Shown: piece by piece, positions 54,560-64,000 of the stretch
Numbering within the stretch: position 1 is the stretch's first letter
Layout of the letters: every line of letters starts with the position of its first letter
Assembly: GCA_024137785.1 (NCBI GenBank)
Contig: JAHRHZ010000023.1
Span: 35,322,801-35,386,800, forward strand
Direction: 5' to 3'
Origin: Ginglymostoma cirratum
Taxonomy: Eukaryota
DNA: 64,000 nt
Notes under the pieces: generated by a model
Databases searched by the model: none
What the model was told of the DNA's origin: nothing
The model's input: the letters and a program-made list of their open reading frames with translations, nothing else
Position numbers and translations under genes: made by a program

Positions 54560-54704
54560 GCTACCATCAGGTTCTGATGAAGGGGTCACCGGACCCGAAA
54601 CGCTAACTCTGATTTTTTCTTCACAGATGCTGCCAGCCCTGCTGAGCTTTTCCAGCAACTTCTGTATTTGTTCCTGATTTACAGCGCCTGTAGTTCTTTC
54701 GGTT
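54560..54704 (+). mobile_element. Penelope-derived mini-element with a near-intact hammerhead core
   Basis: GGTT-CTGATGA-AG-GGGTC(ACCG)GACCC-GAAA-CGCT-AACT. Flanked by a 13-bp direct repeat TTTGTTCATTTCA (54547-54559 and 54705-54717). Confidence 0.85.
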
Positions 54705-55269
54705 TTTGTTCATTTCATGTGTAGCATTGAATTTAAAAGCATTTAAAGCTCATACACTCTCACGTGAGGAACAAACCTGCTTTACAATTTGTGAACTGCT
54801 ATCAGAATAGTTTTGTCTTAAGAAGCAAGTGCACTTGAAATATGAGGTATTGGGAGTCTCACCCACCCAGCCAGAGCCCCGCATCGACTCTTTTTGTGAA
54901 GGCTTATTGAATTATGTGCCAATCAGTCACTTAACTAGGCTTCAGTAGGTCTTCCCCATGGTCAAGGACCCTGAGGACAGATATCCCTTTAATTGACAAC
55001 TGCTGGCCAGTCAACGGGGTGAAGTCTTGGAGTTGGGAGATGGATGGAGCTTGGACATGACTGATGCTGCTGATGGTTTACTAAGTGTTAGCCTATATGA
55101 TACATACCATAAATAATTGGGTTCTGTTGAGCCAGAGTTCTTGAAATTTGTTTACAACACTAATAATATATAAGGCTACAATATTACAGAGTTACACAGC
55201 AGTCACAGATTTACAAATTATGCTTACTGATGCTACTATATACCACATACAGCTAACTGACTGATTACA

Positions 55270-56850
55270 TTGACTCCATTGTGTGGAAAGCTTGACTCAA
55301 AGTATATGAGGGACCATTGTCAGGTGCAACTTGTTAAGGTACAGCAGTATTGAAAATGGTGGCCACTGTACCAACAACCATTGCACTAGTGGTGTCTTTG
55401 ATTTGTCAGACAAAAGTATTTTGCTAAAATAGTTACCAGAGTGTAATCATATCTTGGACATGGAAAATATCAGTGAAAATCTTGCACCACAGCTCAGAAG
55501 GAATCTTAGGTAAAAGAAGATTGTTGAAATTAACACGTTCCTCACATTTTGATTGGTCAGTCAATGTCCTTAATTATGCCAGGCCAATATATCAATTCAC
55601 GTGCCACTTTGTTTTCCATCCTGCACTCGTGACAGAGATGTATGTTGTCTGCCATGTCTTGATGTCAAGCTTGCACCGATGTGACTCAGTTGCTTTTGAA
55701 CGTTGCATTCCTGGAGAGTACTAGTGTGTGTCTGATTGACCGGAATGAATGAATTGTTAGATCCATTCAGGTCACCTTTTGTTGATGATCTTCTTGAGCT
55801 GTTGTGGCCAATCACTATCCAATGTAGTTTCCTGCCTCTCCACTGTTTGGCTGTAACCAAAATATGCAAGATTATTTTTGCAATCTGGAAATATTAGTAT
55901 TGTAACTGATGGTTTGGTTAAATCATGGATTATAAGAATAAATAGATCTGTGCATACTGCTAGTCTAAAAATAGGTGACCCATCTGTTGCAACAATTAGA
56001 ACAGTTCAGATGTTCTTCATAAGGATCTAGATTGATGGGTAATGTCAATGTCTGGGCTCTCCTTTGGAACCAGTTAGCTTATTTTGTGTGGACTGCACCA
56101 TGCTATTGCCAGCTTCCCGAGTATATCTTGTTTATCTTATTTGAACTGGCATGAGTATCAACCTTGGCATATAGTGCATGTTATCCATTCCTTTTGAGAT
56201 ATATCCTTGAGATTGATGTAAAAGCTTTTACTTCTCTGACAGTGTCCACTTGATGTTTCAGGTTTATTGCATGTACTGTCTACCTGGGGTCTGTTGGCTG
56301 TAACTTTATTGTTACCTCTTGGACTTTGTTGACATCCTTCCTTGCTATAGACGGAACTTTGGAAGCTTCTTTCTCATTGTTCCTTTGTTGGGTCTTCTTC
56401 ACATTCTGCTGTGGAGTGAATGGTCTCCTTCTGTTCCGAGTTTTCTTTGTGTTGTACTTTGCGCTTCCCCGGGTGATTGGATTCGCTACACGTTTTAGCT
56501 TAACTTCGTCTTCTTGAATAGACCTTGAATATGCCACGAAAAACTGGACACTGTCTTGGTGGATGAGACAAACCACATCTCATTGCAAAAAGCCAATATT
56601 CCACTGAACCTGTTGATGATAGCAATAGTGTTCCAGAGTCATGTACTCACACATGCTGCCAGCCCGCTACAATTACTTCAAACTTGCAAGTTTCATCTGG
56701 TGGTTTCATCCAATGATACAGTCCTTGGGTTTGTCCAGAAGTAACTTTTGGAGAAGTTGATGGATATAGAGACAATGACCAGTTCCATAAGTCTTTCAGC
56801 TGAGCCACGTTTGGTGAAATCACATTCCATAAGTTTTGTCGATACCTGCC
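55270..56850 (-). mobile_element. Decayed Ty3/Gypsy (Mag-like) LTR retrotransposon internal region
   Basis: In order on the minus strand: Gag knuckle MRCGLSHPPRQCPVF (~56540-56585), protease AKVDTHASSN (~56140-56170), QLKKIINKG, ARELIYWPGIIKDID, integrase WCKIFTDIFH and DNGPSY. Confidence 0.85.
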
Positions 56851-57989
56851 TATGAATTACTTAATTTTTTCATCTGTCTGTTGTTAGTGTAATATGAACT
56901 TAAGCTTGTACCTCATGAAATTGACTTGAATTGCAAGTTGTTCTTCTAAGGTTTAGAAACTTTTTTCAGGATGTTAGTGGTCATCATCAGAAATACCAGA
57001 GGATTTTATTCCTCTTAACCTTCCAATATCCAAAGCCAAGAACAAGTTTAACTATACTTTGTCAGCAATCTGCTGATCCATAAAGTAAAGTTTGGCACTT
57101 TCTTTGAATAATTGAAGTTCTGACAAAATGTAAATGGATTGCTAATCCATAGTTATGTGTTTTCTTTTCATGTTCTTGTTGTTTTGAGTTTTTGTTAGCT
57201 TTTCACATTTCATAAATGTATGCTGCTGCCTCTTTAATAAGTGCTTGATTGTAATAGCATGTTTTTGCATGTTGGCTATGTCAAAAAAAAATCTGATGCC
57301 ATGCAGGCTTTTTTTTAATTTTTGCATTAATTTTGGAAAATAAAAATATTACAACCAAATGACCTCTGGACTCAGGTAAGGCCATTTTAGGATAGAAAAC
57401 AGGGGTTTTTTCTTAGTGTTATCTTGCTCTAGGAGTTTTTTTAAAAAAAAATTAGAGCAGCCCTTAAGCATTTCTAAATGTTTTTATTTGTTTGAAATTG
57501 GTCTAGCAACAACCTCTTGTGGATTTCTTCTAAAGAGAGTCAGATAACTCACTGTGCTTCAGAATGTTATAATTTGACTGAATTTCTGTGCTCAGCATTA
57601 ATTTGATCTGACCTCTGAAGACATGTGTTACATTGCTGTCATATGTTGCTTGGTTTTTCAATCAACTGCTAAAGTCATAGTGTTATTGCTCCACAAACAC
57701 ACTCCAAAAGTAATCATTCGTGAATCAGGCAGGTGAATACTATTTATTTTGATTTTTTAAAAACCATACCTATTTTCATGCAGTGCCCCAACTGGGGATA
57801 GTAGACAGGCTTTGGCTTATGTTCTATTGTATCTAGGCATCAGGAAACAGTCCAATTTAAATTGTAAGGAGCATACATTCTTTCCCGCAGCTCCCTGTGA
57901 AACAACTAGAAAACAGACTTTAGAGTGCTAGAAGCACAAAATAAAGCCTCATCACTCAATTCTTCTTCCCTTTGCTTCTCCAGTTTTAC

Positions 57990-58660
57990 TTAGGGCTGCC
58001 ATGATACTAGTTGATCACTCTTTTCCATCTCATTCTGTCAGTCACCTACTCCTCTCCCAATCAGACTGTACCTAAGCCATTCCTGACTGCCCCTTTCCAC
58101 CTTGTCTTAGGCTGTTTTCATTTCCTTCTTCCCGGCAGTCCCATCTCCATCACTTGCCTCATCACATGTCCAATCTCTGTCTCTCTCTCTTTCCAATAGT
58201 TGACCAGACCATTTCAATTCCTTCACAGCTACTTTTTTCCATATTCCCACGATCTTCACTGACCATCTGATGTGCTGGTTCCTGACTTTGTCCCTCCTTG
58301 TTACTCCACAGTATCCGCACCTCATTGGTATCCAGTTACTGTTCTTCTCTCCATGATGTTGCCCGAGCATCTACACTACATAATAAGGCTAGTCTCACAT
58401 CTGTCTTGTCAGATCACCTTCTCACTTTCTGTGATACCTTTCTCTCACAGAGCACATCAGTGCAGTTATTCCAATTACTCTAATCAGAGTTAATTGATTT
58501 CCATCTTTCCATTTTCATATTTACATCTTCGGCTGCCGCTGGTAGCAAGTCCGTTATGTGACTCACTTTCTTCAAGTCTTCACCCATAACCTTCATTCTG
58601 ATCTCCTGCACTGTCACTCCAGACTGCACCATTATACGACAATAAACCCCAACTGTTCTT
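57990..58660 (-). mobile_element. RTE-clade LINE 3' fragment
   Basis: ORF 58107-58370 contains CGVTRRDKVRNQHIRWSVKI..LKWSGQ, typical of the RTE ORF2 C-terminus. Confidence 0.8.
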
Positions 58661-59871
58661 CTGTTGTGATCAATTCAATAGGGCATTTGAAGTAATCTTG
58701 CACACTGGGTTAGGAATCAATAAGTTAGAATCTTCCAACTAATGCATAAAGAGAATATCAGTCACAGTCTCAGGTGAGTTGGCTCTTTTAATGGAATTGG
58801 TCCAATTCAAATCAGGTACATTTGGAACTAGAAAATATCAATATCTAACCCTACTTAAAATGTAATTGCTCGTGGTTTTTATATGTTACCAGTAAATGAT
58901 CTGTGGCATTGTTCGCAAGTAGTCTGTGACTGAAATTAATGTTTGCTCTTGACACTGTAGTCTTGCACATGCCAGACTTATCTCCACACTAGTAAGTTCA
59001 TAGATACAATTTTTAAATTTGACCAATCTGAAAGTAAAGGGGCTGAACATCGGCAGATGTGAAACATATTTTGTTGTGGAAATACTTTACTGTTTGTTTT
59101 AAAGTCTCAGTGCAAACAGTGAAATACAAAAGGTCCAAATTTACAGCTTTACATGTCATATGCTGCGAATAGTTAATAGGCAGAATATATGATGCTAGCA
59201 GCAAATTCAGCACCATGTACATTTTTGAGAAGGTGATTTCTCATTCACTGCAGATGTATAGCTAATAGGTTAAAAAGAAATGTTGGAAGAGAAATAAGGC
59301 TACTGTTTTCAGTCAGCAATTTTGGAAATATTTCTTTCAATGTTGTTTTTAGAAAAATACAACCTGTGCCACATTTAAAACTCACAGCAGAAATTTCTAG
59401 TCCCTAAACGAAATGGGCAATGGCAAGTCAGTTGGGAAATAAGGAAGGCAATGATGGAAAAATGAGATTCTCAGTGTCAAGTAAATAGAAAAAAGTCTTA
59501 CTTTCCACATAAGAATTTAATGGCCAGATGAGAATTTCGCGAGTGAGCAGCAAGGGGCCTATTTACATGTATTAACATCTCATTATTCTCAAATTGTGCC
59601 TCATTTATTTGCAGTTTGCTATTTTCGCAGATAGCAGAGAGAAACTGGATGGCATCCATTCCTGACAAAAACCACAAGTGGATCCTTGGTGGTTGCAGCT
59701 CACTGCTGTTTTCTTTATGGCTTCCATCTGGGTCAGATTGCTCAGGGCACGCTGCAAGGACAGCTATTGCTTGCCCCAACTCTGTCCACAGAGATTGAAC
59801 TTGGATGTTTACAGCGTCTCTGTCTTTCCCTCATGCATATTTCTGGCACTCTCAGGCTGGCAGTATTTTTC

Positions 59872-60368
59872 TTTAAATTCCCATGGGCTGGGCCAGCATT
59901 TATTCCCCATTCTAGTTGCCCTTGAGAAGGTGGTGGTGAACCGCTGCAGTCCTTGTGCTTTATGCAGACCCACAATGCCTTGGGGCGGGGGTGGGAATTC
60001 TAGGATTTTGACCCAACAACAGAGAAGGAATGGCGATATATTTCTAAGTCAGGATGGTGAGCACCTTGGAGGGGAACTTACATCTTCCTGCTCCTCTTGT
60101 CCTTCGTGATGGTAGGGTTTGTGAGTTTGGAAAGTGCTGTCTAAAGAGGTTTCGTGAATTTCTGCAGAGCATCTTGTAAATGGTACACACTGCTGCTACT
60201 GAGCATCGGTGCTGGATGCAGCGAATAATTGTGGATGTGATGTTAATGAACTGGGCTACCTCGCCCTGGAAGTGTCAAACTTCTTGTGTTGTTGAAACTG
60301 CACTCATCCAGGCAAATGGGGAGTATTCTATCAGATAGCTGATTCATGCATTGTTTATGGTCGACTGG
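59872..60368 (-). mobile_element. CR1/L2-group LINE 3' fragment
   Basis: The minus strand reads QSTI..IEYSPFAWMSA and ends in the family tail GGGCAACTAGAATGGGGAATAAATGCTGGCC. Confidence 0.8.
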
Positions 60369-60549
60369 AAAATAAAACAAAGAATTGCAGATGCTGACGA
60401 TTTGAAACGAAAGCAGAAATTAATGTACTGAAGAAGAATCACTAGGCTCGAAACGTTAACTCTACTTTCTCTCCACAAATGTTGAGTTTCGCCAGCAATT
60501 TCTGTTTTCATTTCAGATCTCGAGCATCCGTAGTTCCTTGTTTTGTTTT
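60369..60549. mobile_element. Palindromic Penelope-derived mini-element
   Basis: Inverted ends AAAATAAAACAAAGAATTGCAGATGCT / AGCATCCGTAGTTCCTTGTTTTGTTTT. Core CTGAAGA-A-GAATC(ACTA)GGCTC-GAAACGTTAAC. Confidence 0.8.
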
Positions 60550-61060
60550 CCTGTCAGCCACCTACAAGGCACAAACCAGCAACCTGATGGAATATTACCC
60601 ACTGACCTGGATGCGTACAGGTCCAACAATATTCGAGAAGCTTGACATCATCCAGGACAAACAGGCCACTTGATTGGCACCATATGCACAAACGTTCACT
60701 CCCTCTATCAGTGACGCTCAGTAGTAGCAGTATGTTCCCTCAACGAAACATCCTGCAGGAACTCACCACTCTCCTTAGACACCACCTTCGAAATTCATGA
60801 TCACTACCATCTAGAGGTTAACGGACAACAGATGCATGGGAATAGTACCGTCTGTAAGTTCCACTCAAATCCACTCACCATCCTCACTTGCAATTGTGAT
60901 GTTAGTTATTTGTTGCAGATTCAAATTCCTGGAACATCTCCCCTTACTGCAGAATCAGTGTGCTTAGACCCAATGGTCTGCAGCAGTTCAAAAAGGCAGC
61001 TCACTACCACCTTGTCGAGGATTACGAATGTGCATTCACTCCATGAGTGAATAAAAAAAG
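60550..61060 (+). mobile_element. CR1/L2-group LINE 3' fragment
   Basis: LSATYKAQTSNLMEYYPLTWM..KLDIIQDK, ending in GAATAAAAAAAG. Confidence 0.82.
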
Positions 61061-61199
61061 AATCTCACACAGGCACTTAAATGTGAAGATATGGTCATAT
61101 GGAAACCAGCGAGGAAACTGAAAGAGTAGAAACTTTGGGGATTGAAAAGGTTTTAGTTTTAGAAATAAGCAGACAGACAGCTAATTAGTAAAGGAGAAA

Positions 61200-62330
61200 T
61201 GCTAGAATCTAAAGTGATATGAAAAATAAACATCTATTATTATAAGACTGGACATACTGAAGATGATGGCTGAAAGTTAAATGAAAGACCTACTGTATTA
61301 ATAGGAATACTAAAGAAGTCTTCAGTAAAGGGGAAAAGAAATGGATATGAAAACTGTAGAAGTGGTACAGGTGGGGTGTATTTTGTCAGCACATGCTAGG
61401 AAGGGCAGCTGGCTCAGGATCGTCAAGAAGATTCTTCAGAGTTGACATTTTGGGTCCAATGACCCTTCTTCAGAACTGGTGGTAGCTAGGAAAACATTGT
61501 TTTTTATGCAGAAGATAGGGTGGGCAGAAGAGGTAAGGAGTAAACGATAGGTGGGATAGATCATTGTAAGTCCTGAATATTTGATTTCAAAGCAACGTAG
61601 TTACTCATTCTACTAATCAATGAAGTAGAGGAATAAAGATATTGAGAGACACTGGAGAAAGTCAGTCACCAATGATGCATTTTATCTTCTAGAGGGACTA
61701 ATGAAGGAAAAAGATTGAATAGAGATCTACATGGAGGATGCAAACCAGTCCCATTCTATAGAATTGGGTAAAGAGTGACATAGTAAGTCAGGAAGTTGTA
61801 GTTGGAGTAATACAGCAAGCTCCTACTGAAGGAATTGATTTTCACTTGGGAAATGACTTGTCTGTTTCAAGATATTATCCTCAGCAACTGTTTGAACAAT
61901 GGAAGTAAAAGTACTTCAGATTGTGTAGGAGGAGCGCTGTGAATTGTTTCCCATCTGTGTAATGACTAGATATCAGGTCTAAGGAAATGTAACCAGATAA
62001 AAGTTAAATTTTATGTGTTCTGTGGTCATAGAAACATGAATAGTTTGGGAATAATAGTTTTTGTCTTCAGCTTATCGTTGGCAATGTCAGGGAGATGTAA
62101 AAGGTGACATCAAACTTTAAAGGTTATGGTTAGGAAATATTGTTATGGATATCCTGCTGAACTAGGATAATGGAATTCTCTCATTACCATTTGCTATTAA
62201 AAATGCCTGTAATAAGTTCCAGGATTTTGGTCCTTTTGATCTGATGTACAGAAATAAGATAAGTGGACAGATTAACTTAACTACCGAAGCTCAGAAACTA
62301 CATTTAAAACCTCTGTGTCAAATTTAAAAT
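61200..62330 (+). mobile_element. Decayed Gmr1-like Gypsy LTR retrotransposon
   Basis: Remnants in order: YYYKTGHT..KL (Gag knuckle), KILRDTGESQS (protease), VVVGV..GIDFHLGNDL, FPICVMTR, then R*HQTLKVMVRKYC..PFAIKNA..FGPFDLMY (integrase C-half). Confidence 0.8.
61385..61560 (-). mobile_element. Penelope pLTR fragment nested in the Gypsy relic
   Basis: The minus strand contains GTTCTGAAGAAGGGTCATTGGACCCAAAATGTCAACTC (mutated hammerhead core). Confidence 0.65.
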
Positions 62331-64000
62331 CATCCCCTTTCATTGGAATGGATGAAAACAGTATTTTTATCAATGCAGCTTTTTGGCAGAATGTCGAGTG
62401 GACACATGAGAAAAAAAGTTTACAATTAATCAATTTCAAATCAGAAGCTAGTAGTGATATCAGCAGCGAAGGTTCAGTTACGTTCAGCTGTGATTCATTT
62501 TGTTCGCAATATATGTGTGATTTTCACATTTGTATTGCCAGCAGCAGTGTATTGTCTAAATGAAACAACCTTCTCTGTTTGGCTTGAAACACTGAAACAT
62601 CGTTTTCTATAATGCAGTGCATATAAAAATGCACCTAGGCTGTGTACTTATGGGAGTGTGACTCTGTAATTTCATTTTCCCATCCATTTATGGCACCGGA
62701 ATTCTATTTCCTGCAGATTATATCTTTGTATCTAAATCCTAACAGGATTACTGTCAAGCTTTCATGTTTCTGGGGAAAAGAAAATCCTGCAAAGTCTTCT
62801 AAACTGAGAGGCAGAACAGTTTGGTGACAGTAGAAGGGCCAGATTCATTACAGAATTGCCTTACAATGTAGCCAACCCCAAGTGCAAGAAGTAGTCTTCT
62901 GTTTTTGATAATAGGTATTTTAAAATTCATAGATTCCATTCGAACTTTATACTTTACTCTGCTGAATAAGTGTTATCAGAGTGTTAATTGAAATGGTCCT
63001 AGAAATTTTGCTGTTTGAATTGTGTTATTTCTATCAATGCATTTTAGGTGCTGATCATGAATTCAATCAACTCAACTTAATTATGTTTACAAGAATTTTT
63101 GCTGCAGGTTTTTGTGCTAACATTTTTGTCATTTTCTGGAGAGAAGTGGGCAAGATTGCTTTCATAATTTTTATTGTTTGTACAAGTTTTGATTAGAATA
63201 AAAAGTCCAGTGGTATCTGCCTGCAATTTTCATACAGGTGAAACTAATTGTAAAGCATATTATTGACCCTTGTCTCAGGACCTGAAGATATTATACTATA
63301 TGGATGGCATACTTGAAAGACAGAAAATAATTGAAGTTACTTTATGTGGAACAGTGTCTGGGGAGTAAGTCCAAGTGAGATCATTTAAAAGAAAATACAA
63401 AATTGCCCTCAATTTCATGTTATATTTGTTTTGGAAATGTGTAGTAGAAAGCAGTGCAATAGTGACTGTTGACGGATAACTTTCCATTTCAGCCATCCTC
63501 TGACTTATTAGTATCAGATTTTATTGGATCCATGGGTAAACGTTTGCTTTATTTGTTGCTACCCGAAACCCAAACCTTGAACATCACCTCAAATGCATCA
63601 GCGCATTATTTTTAGATTTTGTTACACCAGCAGGCTATGGGCTGTATGAATAAGAATTCCAGTTTGATCGATTGTAAACGGAATATGGAGCTTATGTAGG
63701 TTGTTCAGAATGTGCCCTGGTGTAGATTGGCTGTTTTCAACTTGACCCTTCATGCAGCTTTTTCAATGGAGACCAGATTGTCTCTGCACTTTTAGATAAC
63801 TCCTGTCCGTTTGCTGATTCGACCAGGCAATTATCTAGTGAAGGAAAATATGGGCATAATTTCAAGTCAGTGTAAGTGGAAGGGTTATGAATGAGCATAA
63901 GTTACTAGACAAATTAAAGCTTCTTTAACACTACTCCCTTTAGAACAGGTATGCCATGACAGTACTGTGCATAATCTGCATTGAAAACTGCGCCAGTTTT

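Noticed and set aside
56280-56576. Lys/Arg-rich ORF suggesting an endogenous viral capsid
   Set aside because: It sits between a Gag zinc knuckle and a protease motif, so the Gypsy relic explains it.
57784-57836. TTTTCATGCAG|TGCCC as the start of the VPGFPYP exon
   Set aside because: It translates VPQLGIVDRLW.. to a stop, with no similarity beyond two residues.

Overview
This is eukaryotic DNA, most likely a shark (elasmobranch), inferred from its HE1-type V-SINEs and CR1, L2, Penelope and Rex1 repeats. The window lies inside the RBFOX1 (A2BP1/Fox-1) gene on the + strand. Three coding exons are recognisable: the 93-nt RRM cassette exon (333-425), a 61-nt exon (1935-1995) and a 54-nt exon (16747-16800). 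I did not find the next constitutive exon (VPGFPYP...) in the remaining ~47 kb. The rest is intron, with many decayed transposons (CR1, L2, Rex1/Babar, RTE, Penelope, two Gypsy lineages, Harbinger, SINEs) between repeat-poor blocks. Four signals stand out. (1) The RRM exon has UGCAUG at both splice sites, and the repeat-free intron after it holds candidate stop-containing 'poison' exons. (2) About 11 Penelope-derived elements, many of them foldbacks, carry minimal hammerhead-ribozyme motifs; one core is intact on the RBFOX1 sense strand. (3) There is an in-frame phase-1 exon or microexon candidate at 33.9-34.0 kb. (4) A ~1.2-kb head-to-head LINE palindrome is centred on a Penelope mini-element. 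All calls were made by eye, repeat boundaries are approximate, and no database search was run.
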